Shown: positions 1 to 11,940 of the stretch, in pieces | Layout: each line of letters starts with the position of its first letter | Numbering within the stretch: position 1 is the first letter of the stretch | From: Mobula hypostoma | Lineage: Eukaryota | Assembly (NCBI RefSeq): GCF_963921235.1 | Contig: NC_086108.1 | Span: 83,702,001 to 83,766,000 of the forward strand | Direction: 5' to 3' | DNA: 64,000 nt | The notes under the pieces: model-generated | The model's database searches: none | Seen by the model: only the letters and a program-made list of their open reading frames with translations | What the model was told of the DNA's origin: nothing | Made by a program: the position numbers and the translations under genes

Positions 1-1627
1 ACCCCTGAGGAACACCACTAGTCACTGGCAGCCAACCAGAAAAAGCCCCTTTATTCCCATTCACTGCCTCTTGTCTGTCAGCCATTCCTCTGTAACAAGA
101 ATCGCTCCTTGTAATGAAGATCAATGAGGCTCAGAGAATCTGTATCAACAAGTAACTTTTATTGTCTCAACTAAAAAGTACATGGGTTCACACTCTATCT
201 ACATTACCTGTGTGCATCCTACTAGAACCCCTGACCCCCCATTAACAGTCAATGAAGAGAAAAGGTATTACCTGGGAAAGGAGTCTATGCTGCCCAGGCA
301 TTCCTCGTGGTCCCAATCTCCACATGTCTCTGGTGTCCTACTTATCTCCAATGGTTGGTCTCTGGCTGCTGGAGAGTTATTGCCCCTGCGTATTTATAGC
401 TCCTGAGTCTGACACTGTTCCTCATCGATTGAGCCATTGGATTTCCATCCCATTGGCTCAGAATCACCTGACCTACCTGAGTGACCTTCCTACTAGTCAT
501 TGTACAGGGCTACAACCAACATTGTTTCATGGTTCTGCCCACCCCAGCCTTGTGTACTTGTGCCCTTACACTGACTGGTCCAACCCAGTTAAATGAGGCA
601 ACCCAGATGGAGTCTAACGAGATTACAGATGACTTCTTTGGTAGGTCTGGCAATTTACATAACAAATAGCCACTCCTCTGAGAATGGTCTCAGGTTTATT
701 GCTCTGATTAGATTATCCCAGAGTCAAGAATCAATTCAGAGTCCACGCCCTTTACATAATAAATGGCTATTTGTTTGAGAATGGTCTCGGGTTTAGCAGA
801 TCATTACCTGAAGCTTCCTGTGTCTATTAGATTATCCAAGAGCAAGAATCATTTTAGCGTCCACAAAATGGGGGAAAACTAAGACAACTGGCTTGTCTGC
901 TTCCGCTGCAGTTTCTTCTGGCTAACACCTCTATTCATGCCCGCATCTTTCATATAATGCTGTAGGATTTTATCTTGTTAAGCAGCCTCGTGTGGCCCCA
1001 TTTCAAATGCTTTCTTAAAATCTAAGTAAATGACATCCACTACCTCTCCTTTGTCCTTCCTGCTTGTTACTTCCTCGAAGAACAGATTTATTGGGCAAGA
1101 TTTCCCTTTACAGAAACCATGCTGACTTTCATTTATCTTATCATTAGACTTGAAGTACTCTGAATCTTCATCCTTAACAATAGACTCCAACGCTTTCCCA
1201 ACCACTGACGTTAGGCTAACTGGCCTATAAATTTCTTTATTTGCCTTCCTCCCTTCTTAAAGAGTGGAATGACATTAGCAATCTTCCACTCCTCTGGGAT
1301 CATGCCAGAATCAAGTGATTCCTGAAAGATCATGATCAATGTATCCGTTATCTCTTCAGCAACCTCTCTCAGGACCCTGCGATGACATCAATCATATTAT
1401 GATCACTGTCTTCTAAGGGTTCCTTTACATTAAGCTCCCTAATAAAATCTGGGTTACTACACCTCACCCAATCTAAGATAGCCTTTCCCTGAGTAGGCTC
1501 AAGCACAAGCTGCTCTAAAAAGCCACCCTGTAGGCATTCAAGAAATCCCCTCTCTTGTGATCTTAGCCCAACCTGATTTTCCCAATCCCCTTGCATATTG
1601 AAGTCCTCCAATACAATTGTGACATTG
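1..1627 (-). mobile_element. CR1 LINE ORF2 remnant (RT and APE fragments joined by an internal deletion near 1378), interrupted by a solo LTR at 91-927
   Basis: Minus-strand peptides SQHGFCKGKSC...VDVIYLDFKKAF (RT) and LEDFNM...FLEQLVLEPTQGKAILDWV...DSDHNMI (APE) are CR1 ORF2 motifs. Confidence 0.9.
91..927 (-). mobile_element. Solo LTR (837 bp; Gypsy or ERV type)
   Basis: Termini TGTAAC...TAACA; 4-bp TSD CCTC (87-90, 928-931); CR1 sequence is continuous across the insertion; minus-strand TATAAATA (~391-398) and AATAAA (~158-163). Confidence 0.88.
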
Positions 1628-2040
1628 CTAGAGGTTGCCTCTCTGACTAGTGGAGTGCTGCAGGGACTGGTACTGGGTCTATTGTTGTTTGTCATCTATA
1701 CCAATGATCTGGATTGGATCAGCAAATTTGTGGATCACACCAAGATTGGGGGTGTAGTGGACAGCGAGGAAGGCTATCATGGCTTGCAGCAAGATCTGGA
1801 CCAGCTGAGAAAATGAGCTGAAAAATGACAGATAGAATTTAATGCAGACAAGTGAGAGGTGCATGCAAGCTCAGTTTCAACAGTTAAAAGAAGTTTGGAT
1901 AGATACATGTACGATAGGGATATGGAGGGCTATGATCCCAGTGCAGGTTGGTGAGAGTGGGCAGCTTAAATAGTTTGGCATGGACTATTTGGGCCAAAAG
2001 GCCTGTTTCTGTACTGCACTTTTCTATGATTCTATGGCTC
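1628..2040 (+). mobile_element. CR1 LINE RT fragment and 3' tail
   Basis: SGVLQGLVLGLLLFVIYTNDLD...SKFVDHTKIGG motif, then a CR1-type tail (gggccaaaaggcctgtttctgtactg...tctatgattctatg). Confidence 0.85.
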
Positions 2041-2084
2041 TAATTGTGAATCATGTAACGTGTCTCTTCATGTGCAAAGGAGGG

Positions 2085-3057
2085 ATTCAAATATCCTTCA
2101 ACCACTGGCTGTAAGAACCAATAAAATAATTAGACTACCTGGAAGCAAACCCAAGGTTTCATTCAGAATCTACACAGTAACAATAATAAAGTACCACTTT
2201 CCTCTCACCTCCACACAATACCCCCATTTCCAAAGTTTACACAAGCTGCTTCTTTACAAGCATTATTTTAAATTAGCTAACCATTATAGCAACTGTACTT
2301 TTCCATCCATTAAAAGCTGTTAACATTAACATGCAGCACTTCAGAATTTATATATAAGCATTTTTTAATTAAAAGGTGAAATAGAAATTAGTAATCTTAC
2401 TGATGCGTAAACAAGCAGAAAACAGTTCTTGAGACAGGAATATGTATACATTTTTCAAGTACATTGTCTGACCCTGGGAAAGGACATTTGATCAAGTGCA
2501 GTATTAAAGGTTATTGCAGAAAATAAAAGCATATGCTGTAGAAAGTAATATTTTATCATGGATAAAAGATTGTGAAAATCAAAAGGACTTCAGAAAATAT
2601 TGGAAATACTTCACAGTTCAGGCCATATTGGTGGGAACAGAAACTGAGTTAATATTTCAGGTAGAAGACCCCTAGTCAGAATTGGAATGGTAACATAGGA
2701 CAGAACGCTCAGTAAACTGCAAGACAGGTGGGGTAGGGTTGAGGACTTCATCATCAACTACTGCTGCTCATAACTTTTATGTTTGTATGCTTGTATACGG
2801 TCAAAATACTTCAGTCATTACCAGTAAGAGCCAATGAAATAATTCAATTTCCGAGAACTAATCTTAATGTTTGGTTCAATTTGTACTGGAAGCAGCAACA
2901 AAATACCTCGCACCTCTACACAATTGTACCTTTTCCAGCGCTTACTCAAGCAGTACTCTTTTTCCACAGAAAACATTATTTAAAAGCTGCTCGGCATAAT
3001 AAGAAATGTTCTGTTCCATCCATTAGCAGATGTTGTCAATAATGTGAAGCACTTGTC
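2085..3057. repeat. Diverged direct repeat pair (~2085-2345 and ~2800-3057)
   Basis: Colinear shared blocks: gtaaga.ccaat.aaataatt, cacctc.acacaat, cattattt, ttccatccatta, agcactt. Confidence 0.8.
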
Positions 3058-4429
3058 AGTGAATAGGAATACAAATAAGGCAGGGGAGCTGAACTAGGCC
3101 ATTCAGCCCATCTAGTCTGATCTTCCATTTGATCACGTCTGATTTGTTTTCCCACTCAACCCCATTCTCCTGCCTTCTCCCTGTAATCTCTGATGCTCTT
3201 ACTTATCAGGAACCTCTAGATCTGTGCTTTAAATATACCCAATGACGGCCTTCACGACAGCCTGTGGCAATGAATTCTATACATTCATTACTCTCCAGAA
3301 ATAGATATTAATAAATCCAATGAATAAATATATGCTTATATGAACAGAAAATGTGAGAAGTATTTTGTAGAGCAAGCAGTATTTGTGGGGACAAAAAGAC
3401 TGTGTTTCAAGTCCCATCCCTCAAGGAAGGAGAGGTTGCTAGTTAATTGCTTCCAAAGAGCCCCAGATGTGGCAAGTCATTACTTTTTTTAAGTGTGGCC
3501 ATTTTCTTCGTTTGGGCTTACAGAGTCAAGGCACAGCACAGAAATGGGCTCTTCGTCCATCACATCCATGTTGACCTATTTGTCCATCTACACGAATCTC
3601 TTTTATTTACATAAAGGAGTACAGAAAACCAATTGAATATTTGTGGTGAACCAGTGAAGTAATGTCAATCTAAAAAAAAAGGCCATAATAAAACCATAGG
3701 ACATGAATTAGGCCATTCAGATCATCAAGTCTGCTCCGCCATTCCATCATGGTTGACTTATTATCCCTCTCAACCCCATTCTTTTGTCTTCTCCCCATAA
3801 CTTTGACACCCTGACTAATCAAGAACCCTATCAACCTCTATTTAAGTATACCCAATGACTTGGCCTCCACAGCTATCTGCTACAATGAATTCCACAAATT
3901 CATAGCTCTCTGGCTAATAAAAAATTCTTCCTCACTTCTGTTCTAAAAGTTCCGCCTTCTATTCTGAGACCAAGCCCTCCGGTTCTAAAGTCCAACTGAG
4001 ACACAGTGGTGGCTCAAAGTAAAAGAATGTTTGTGATTCAGAAGAGAAATACAAAACATTAGCTACATATTGATAATGCATTTATGTTTTTAGTGATGAC
4101 GGAGAGACAAGCTGCAAGGAAAGTCGGAACTTCCAGACACAGGCAGTTTCCCAGTGATTGCTCCAGTGGCTGTAGGGACTCCATTGGAGGTGTCTTTTCA
4201 GTGGAGTGACATGACAAGGAGGTCTTTGCAAAAGTACAGTGGAAGGTTACCACAAGCCAGTAAGAATATAAAAGAGCATATTAAAAGGGATGAAAATCAC
4301 TGGCGTTTACACAATTCTGAACAGCAACTCAGAACAACAGAGTACACTCCATTCCAGCTCTAAAAACCATGCCACTTAATATTAATAGAATTTGCTGCTG
4401 AACCTGTAAACAAGAACATGCTATATGAG

Positions 4430-6268
4430 AGCTAATGTCCTCATTCCCTGACTCCATTCCATCTGTACATCCACAACACTTCTCATGCTCTTAATCTGCT
4501 CACTAACTTTCAGTTCCCTGGCCCTGAGCACTTCATTTGCACCATGGATGTCCAGCCCCTATACACTTCTATCCCATCAAGAAAGCCTTAAAGCTCCCCA
4601 TTTCTTTCTCGATAAAAGAAACAATCAGTTCCCCTCCATCTGGAAGAACTGATCCTCACTCTCAATCACTTCTTCTTCAGCTCCTTCCATTTTCTCCAGA
4701 CTTGAGGGGTAGCCATAGGCACATGCATGGGCCCCACCGATGCCTGCCTTTTCATTAGAACAGTTCATGTTCCAAGCTTTCCCTGGTAATGCTCCCTAAC
4801 TCTTCCTATGCTACATTGATGACTACATAGGTGTTGCTTCATGCAATCATGCTGATCTTGTCAATTTCATCAACTTTGCCTCAACTTTCACTCTGTCCTT
4901 AGATTCATTTGGTGACACCTCTGATACCTCCCTCCTTTTTCTTGATCTTTCTTTCTCAATCTCTGGAAACAAATTGTCAACTGACATCTTTTATAACCCT
5001 ACCAATTCCATGGCTGTCTTGACTATACCGCTTCCCACCCAGTCTCCTGTAAAAATGCCATTCCATTTTCTCAGTTTCTTCAACTCTCCATATTTGTTCC
5101 TAGGACGAAGCTTTTCTTTCCTGGATGTCAGAAAGAGATGTCCTCTTTCTTCAAAGAATGAAGTTTCTCTTCCTCTGCCATTGATGCTGCCCTCACCTGC
5201 ATCTCCTCCATTTCCCAGACATCTACACCCACCTTATCTTTCTGCCACCTTAACAATGATAGAGTTCCTCTTGTCCTTACCTAATATCCCACAAGCCTCC
5301 ATGTCCAACACATCACTTGTCCCAACTTCTGCCATCTCCTAAGTGATCCTACCACCAAATACATCATTAACACCCTTCCCTTCTGCTCAATTCCACAGGG
5401 ATTGCTCCCTTTGTGATTCCCTTGTCCATTCATCCCTTCCTACTAATCTCCTTCCTGACACTTATCCCTGCATGTGGCCAAAGTACTACAGCTGTCCATT
5501 CACCTCCTCCCTCACCTCTATGCAGGGCCCCAAACAGTCCTTCCAGGTGAAGTAACACTTCACCTGAGAATCTGCTGGGGTCCTCTATTGTAACCAGTGT
5601 TCCTGCTGCAGTCTCCTCTACATTAGTGAAACCTGTTGTAAATTGGGGGACTGCTTTGTCAAGCGCCTCCACACCATCTCCCAAAGGGGAACTTTCCAGT
5701 GGTTCAACATTTCAATTCTGATTTCCATTCCCATTCCGATATGTCAGTCCACAGCCTCCTCTTGTGCCATGATGAAGCCACCCTCTGAGTGGAGGAGCAA
5801 CACCTTATATTCTGTTTTGGGTAGCCTCCAACCTGATGGTATGAATATCAATTTCTCTTTGTGTTTAAAATATCATTTCCCCCCCTCTCCCCTCTCCCCT
5901 CTTCTTCTATCCCCTACTCTGGCCTCTTACCTCTTCTTTCCTGCCTATCACATCCCCCTGGTGCCCCTCCTCCTTCCCTTTCTCCTGTTGTCCATTCTTC
6001 TCTCCTGTGAGATTCTTTCATCTCCAGCCCTTTACCTTTCCCACCCACCTGGCTTCACCTATCACCTTCTAGCTCTGCTTTTCCCCCTTGCTTCACCTTT
6101 TTATTTTGGTGTTTTCCCCCTTCCTTTCCAGTCCTGAAGAAGGGCCTCAATCCAAAATCTCATCCGTTTTGTTCATTTCCATGGTTGCTGCCTGACCTGC
6201 TAGGTTCCTCCAGCATTTTGTGTATGTTGCTTTGGGCTTCAAGCATCTGCAGAATTTATTGCATCTGT
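4430..6268 (+). mobile_element. Penelope-like element remnant (RT + GIY-YIG endonuclease + pLTR)
   Basis: Degenerate RT (LILTLNHFFF; CYIDDYIG at ~4808-4832); GIY-YIG region (ESAGVLYCNQCSCCSLLYISET...EEQHLIF...LQPDGMNINFS); pLTR tail with hammerhead-like CTGAAGA at 6134-6140. Confidence 0.85.
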
Positions 6269-6763
6269 AAAGCATAATGCATGTTTTGTTAACAGATCCA
6301 ATAAGAAAAGGTACTTATGGGCTGTGCACAGATTATGTAGATGGATCAGTTAGGTATCCAATTGTCTATTTAACGATGGAGGTAGGACTGGGCCCAATTA
6401 GTGAATGGGAGCATAAGAAGAGTTAACTACTTCACTGAGGTCTGCGGTTGAAAATTTAAAAAGGTAGCACTTCACAGCAGTTTTCAGAGTTGGACTGCAC
6501 CCAATCTGTGAATGGGTTTCATTAGAATGGGGGAATAAAAATGAGGCAGGAACAAGCAGAGCGACCGTTGGTGGCGGCTGCTCGGTCAAGTTGCTTACTT
6601 CTAGGCGATTCGGGCGTGAAGTGCGAACTACAAGCGGAGGGAGTTGGCTCGACTGGAAGCTGGCTGTGTTTTGCTTGATGTGTGAATGTGGTTTGGAACC
6701 TGTTGAGGGAAAGAGAGTGGGGAAGGAATGGAAATGCTGGGAGGGGGTCGTGTGGGTCTGGTA

Positions 6764-7996
6764 ATGGCGGACAAGATAAGAGGCGGGGTTGAGGGAAAGA
6801 AAGTGGAGAAGGAGAGGGATAGAGACTTGGGACCAGAGGTAGGCAGCTGGGGAGAGGTGGATTATTGTGACGGGAGAAATAAAGGGAATGAGGAGGTAGT
6901 GAGGGGTCGGATGAATAAAAACCAAGACAAAGGGAATAAAAGAATAAGAAATGATAGTGGAGAAAGCTCTGAAAGTGAGGAAGATGAACAAGCTCAGAGA
7001 GGAGGTGTTGTCATAATTAGGTTTAATGAGAAGGCTCAGGGACATATGAAGAAAATTAACCCGTTTGTGCTAACAACAACTCTGACAAATAAGATAGGGG
7101 AAATAGTATTTGCAAAAGTCCTTAATGATGGCAACTCATTGGTAAGATGTGCGAATGAGGAACAACTTGAGAAAGCATTCAAGCTAAAAGAGATAGAAAA
7201 ATGCAAGGTGGAATACACTGGGAGGGTGGGAGCACAAAATAGTGGTTGTAAAGGAGTGATCACGGGGGTACCAATGAGTATAGATATGGAGGAGATAAAG
7301 AGGAATATCAAAGGAGGGAAAGTAATGAATGTTCAAAGACTGAAAACAACAAAGGAGGGAGTGAAAAAGGAAAGTGAAACAGTATTGATTGAATTTGAAG
7401 AAGAAAGAGCGCCAAGGAAGGTGTTCCTGGGTTTCATGAGTTACCCAGTAAGGGTGTATGTGCCAAAGCCATTGAGGTGCTATAATTGTCAAAGGTTTGG
7501 ACACATAGCTAAAAACTGTAAAAGGCAGAGGAGATGTGCTAGATGTGGGGGTGATCATGCATATGGAAAGTGCAGAACAGGAGTTCAACCAAAATGCTGC
7601 AATTGTGGAGGAGCTCATAATGTTGCATATAGTGGGTGTGAGGTTGTCAGACGAGAGACTCAAATTCAAGAAATAAGAGTGAAAAGAAAAATCACTTATG
7701 CAGAAGCTGTAAGAATGTCAAGAGAACAGAATAATGCTGCTAATGAACAGGGAGCAATAGGGATATGAGAGATGCAACAAAGAACAAATGACAGGATTTA
7801 TGTAGACAAAAAGGCTCTAGTAACATTCATTGCAGGAGTGATTAATAGTACGGCTGAGGTAAAGTCAAAAAGTGACAAAATTCAGCTGGTGGTAAAAGCA
7901 GCAGTAAACCATTTAGGGTTAGTAGGACTGACATGGGAGGAAGTGAGGGAGAACCTCAGTAATCAGTCAAGCCAGAAAGTGTCATGTGTTGGTTAA
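6764..7996 (+). pseudogene. Nimb/I-clade ORF1 (gag-like zinc-knuckle nucleic-acid-binding protein), one in-frame TGA at 7766-7768
   Basis: ORFs 6728-7768 and 7772-7996 are in the same frame; PLRCYNCQRFGHIAKNC, CARCGGDHAYGKC, CCNCGGAHNVAYSGC, ITYAEAVR. Confidence 0.9.
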
Positions 7997-8004
7997 TACT
8001 AATT

Positions 8005-11000
8005 ATGGTGATTCTTTTACAATGGAATGCAAGGAGCTTACTGGCCAATAGCCAGGAATTCAAGCACTTTATTAAAGAAATGGTTGTAAAACCGGATGTA
8101 GTGTGTATTCTGGAAACTTGGTTGAAACCAACTTTAGACTTTGTGGTATATGGGTATACAATGAAAAGGAAAGATAGAAATCTAGGGGGAGGAGGGGGTT
8201 GTGCTATGTTAATCAAGCAAGGTATAACGTATAGGGTACTGGAAAAAGGAGATGATCAGGAATACATAGTGGTGGAAGTGTGGGAGAGAGGGGAAGGAGT
8301 GGTTATAATTAACTACTACAATCCATGTAAAAGGTTGGATTTGGTCAGCCTATTAAAGATACAAGGACAAAACAGACATAAAGTAGTGTGGTGTGCAGAT
8401 TTCAATGCTCATAGCACAATATTGGGGGATCAGATGACAGATCCAAATGGAAAGGTAATTGAAGATTTGATGGAAGAAGGGGATTTGGTGTGTATGAATG
8501 ATGGTAGTGGCACAAGGATAGATATAACAACAGGAACTGAGTCAGTGTTAGATATTACGTTAGTGTCTAATACCTTGGCTGGCGTTAGTAACTGGGGCGT
8601 TTGGACTGCTTCAACAGTAGGCAGTGATCACTACCCAGTTTTGTGTTCAGTGGGTGACCAGGTGGCGGAACCCCAAAGTGGGTGTTTGAAAAAGCTGATT
8701 GGGGTAAGTTCCAGAAATTCCAGAAGAAGGGTTGACAAAGATTGATATTTCTGGAAATGTAGATGAATTAAACAGTCAGGTGACTTCAGCAATTATCATG
8801 GCAGCAGAAGGATCTATACCTAGGAGTAAAAATAGGATGAATAGAAAACTGGTACCATGGTGGACAGAGGAATGTTGTCAGGCTGTAAAAAACAGAAATA
8901 GAGCATTCAGGCTAGTTAAAAGAACCCATAATATGCAGCATTTGGTTCAATATAAGAAAGCACAGGCAGTGGTGAGAAGAACTATACGTCAAGCTAAAGG
9001 GGCAAGTTGGAGGAGTTTTTGCGACAAGGTAGGAAGAACAACACCTGTGGGAGAGATATGGGGAATGATTAAGAGGATGGGAGGAGGTAGAAGGGAATGG
9101 GAATATCCAGTAATGATATCTGAGGAGGAAACTGCAGTCTCCAGTAGGGATAAGGCTGAGGTCATGGCCAAGTCATTTGTACTGATACACAGTTCAGAAA
9201 ATTTGTCTGAAGAAGGGAGAAGAAGAAGGGAAAGAATAATGAGCCAACACCCAGGTTTGTTAAGCAGGAGGGAAGGAACAGATGATATAATTGATGATCC
9301 ATTTACATTAGCAGAAATGGTGAGAGCAATAAAGAGATCGAGACCAACCTCCCCAGGGGAAGATCTGATATGCTCTGTGATGCTAAAAAATCTAGGAGAA
9401 GGAGTGCTCTTGAAGTTGCTGCATTTTTATAACAGAGTGTGGGAGGAGGGAAGATTACCAAGTGCATGGAAAGAAGCAGTAGTAATTCCAATAAGGAAGC
9501 CTGACAAGGATCTGTCAAAACCCACTAGCTACAGACCAATTGCATTAACATCAAGTATATGTAAGATAATGGAAAGGATGATAACAGAAAGGTTATCATA
9601 TGAGCTTGAGAAAAGGAGAATGCTGGCAAGTTATCAGAGTGGTTTTAGAAAGGGAAGGAATTCCATGGACTCAGTGATAATGTTAGAGACTGAAATAAGG
9701 AAGGCCCAGGCAAATAGAGAGTCAGTAGTGGCAGTGTTCTTTGACATTGAAAAAGCCTATGATATGATGTGGAAGGAAGGATTATTAATTAAACTGCACA
9801 AGATGGGGGTTGGTGGGAGAGTTTTTAATTGGATTAAAGATTTTTTGTTTGGTAGAAAAATTCAAGTTCGGATTGGATCAGAATTATCAAAACAGTACAT
9901 AGTGGAAAATGGCACACCTCAAGGTAGTGTGATTAGCCCGTTACTTTTCATCATTATGATCAATGGTGTCTTCACAAAGGTACCAGTGGATATAGGTAGG
10001 TCACTGTTTGCGGATGATGGGGCCTTGTGGAAAAGAGGCAGGAACATGGACCATATAATCAGGAAACTACAAGAAGCAATTGATGAAATGGTGGAGTGGG
10101 GTTATGATTGGGGATGTAGATTTTCAGTAGATAAAACTCAAACTGTATTTTTTTTACCAGGAAAAGGGTTGAGGTAGGGAAGAAGTTAAGGATGTATGGG
10201 GTTGAATTAGAAAGGGTTGCATCATTTAAATTTCTGGGAGTTATATTTGATTCACGATTAACATGGGCAGACCATATCAGGAAAGTTGAGGAGAAATGTA
10301 AAAAAGTAATAAATGTGATGAGATGTTTGACTGGTAGGGAATGGGGAGCAAGTTGTTCAGCTTTGAAGAGAATGTATGTGGCTTTAGTGAGATCTGTATT
10401 GGATTATGGAAATATAGTATATGGATCAGCAGCTAGGTCTCTTATAAAGAAACTGGATGTGATTCAGGCTCAGGCCTTGAGAGTGTGTAGTGGGGCTTTT
10501 AAAACGTCACCAGTGTCAGCCCTACAGGTAGAAATGGGAATAATGCCTTTGGAACTAAGAAGGGTGCAACTGATGGCAAACTACTGGGCTAACTTGCAGG
10601 GGCACAATGATTCTCATCCTACTAAAGGAGTGTTGCAGGAGTGCTGGGAAAATGGGAGGTTTCAGAGGGATACCTTTAGTCGGGTAGGGAATGATATCGC
10701 GAAAGAATGTGGCGTGTTTGATCTGAGGATAAGTCCTTCAGTAGTTTATCCGGTTGTAGCTCCATGGAAGCTTGTATGGCCTGAGATAGACTGGCATTTG
10801 TTAGAGGTAAAAAGCAAAGAAAGATATAAAACAGATTTGGTAAATGCACTTAACTGTCATGTGATGGAGAAGTATAGTGATTATACTCACATTTATACGG
10901 ATGGTGCGAAGGAACCTGAAACAGGAGTGACAGGGTTTGGGGTGGTAATACCAGGAAAAGAAATTGGAATCAGCAGAAGAACATCTAATAAGTTAGGGGT

Positions 11001-11747
11001 GTTTACAGTGGAGATGCTGGCAGTGTTGGTTGCGTTGCAATGGGTGCAGAAAGCCAGACAAGCCAAACCATTGATATGTTCAGATTCATCCTCAGTTCGA
11101 GCAAGTTTAAAGTCTTTTCACACAAACAGTCGGCAAGATGTACTTTATGAAGTCCTTCAGTTAGTTACAAGAATTGCAAATCAGGGAGGTCAGGTAAAAT
11201 TTCTATGGGATCCAGCACATGTAGGGGTGAAGGGGAATGAGAAGGTGGATGAGTTGGCAAAGAGGGCGTTAAAGAAAGAAAATGTGGAAGTGCACATTAG
11301 TATCAGTAAAGCAGAGGTTAACTGTGTAATCTGGGAAAAAGTCAACCGAATGTGGCAAGAAAGATGGGACAGGGAGGGGAAAGGGAGGCATTTATATCAA
11401 ATACAGAAGAGTGTTGCAGTTACTAGGGTAGGTAATGCAAACAGAAGAGAGGAAATTGTGTAGACTAGGTTAAGGCTGGGGCATTGTGCATTAAACAAAA
11501 CATTGAAAATGATAGGGAAACACCAGACAGGATTGTGTGAGGAATGTCAGGAAGAGGAGTCCGTAGAACATGTAGTTTTGTGTTGCAGGAAGTATGGGAT
11601 ACAGAGAGAGATGATGAGAAATAAATTAAGGGAGTTGGGGATGCAGGAATTCACATTAAAAGGGTTGCTGGGCATGGGTGAGAAAGCACAAGTCCGGGTA
11701 TTTTTAGCGTTTTTAAGGGGTACAAGGGTTTTTTTATAGGATATGAC
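8005..11747 (+). pseudogene. Nimb/I-clade ORF2: AP endonuclease, reverse transcriptase, RNase H, zinc finger; frameshifts near 8656, 8722 and 10150, TAG at 11461-11463
   Basis: LQWNARSL, DFNAHS, GSDHYP (APE); YRPIALTS, FFDIEKAYD, GTPQGSVISPLLF, LFADD (RT); IYTDGAK, VEMLAV, CSDSSS, AHVGVKGNEKVDELAK (RNase H); CEEC...HVVLCC. Confidence 0.93.
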
Positions 11748-11777
11748 AAATAAACAGGAATAGGATACTAGGATGGT

Positions 11778-11940
11778 CAGTGTTTTGCTCTGTGAGTGAG
11801 GTGTGGGAATTCTGGGAGACCTCCAGCCTCCTGGGTAACCACATCTGCACCGGGTGCAACGAACCGCAGCTCCTCAGAAAACTTGTTAAGGAACAGGAGC
11901 TGCAACTCAATGACCTTCAGCCGATATCGGAGACTGAAGA
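11778..11940 (+). mobile_element. CR1 ORF1 N-terminal zinc-finger/leucine-zipper fragment
   Basis: VFCS...WEFWETSSLLGNHICTGCNEPQLLRKLVKEQELQLNDL matches the CR1 ORF1 zf/lz pattern. Confidence 0.75.

Larger units (their letters stand above)
6558..11780 (+). mobile_element. I-group (Nimb-like) non-LTR retrotransposon, near full length, 3' UTR/tail missing
   Basis: CpG-rich 5' UTR; ORF1 with CCHC knuckles; ORF2 with APE, RT, RNase H and C-terminal zinc finger; 5' boundary approximate; no TSD seen. Confidence 0.92.

Noticed and set aside
1369..1816. Overlapping ORFs spanning 1627
   Set aside because: Chimeric read-through across a junction of two oppositely oriented CR1 fragments
2330..2345. 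AAGTGCT (miR-302/430-type seed) on the minus strand of both duplicated units
   Set aside because: No convincing pre-miRNA hairpin found by eye around either copy
5643..6137. 164-aa hydrophobic ORF resembling a membrane protein
   Set aside because: Off-frame Penelope endonuclease plus the C/T-rich pLTR tract
6398..7045. 215-aa minus-strand ORF
   Set aside because: Antisense shadow of the purine-rich Nimb 5' UTR/ORF1; low-complexity S/L/P/F composition and no domain
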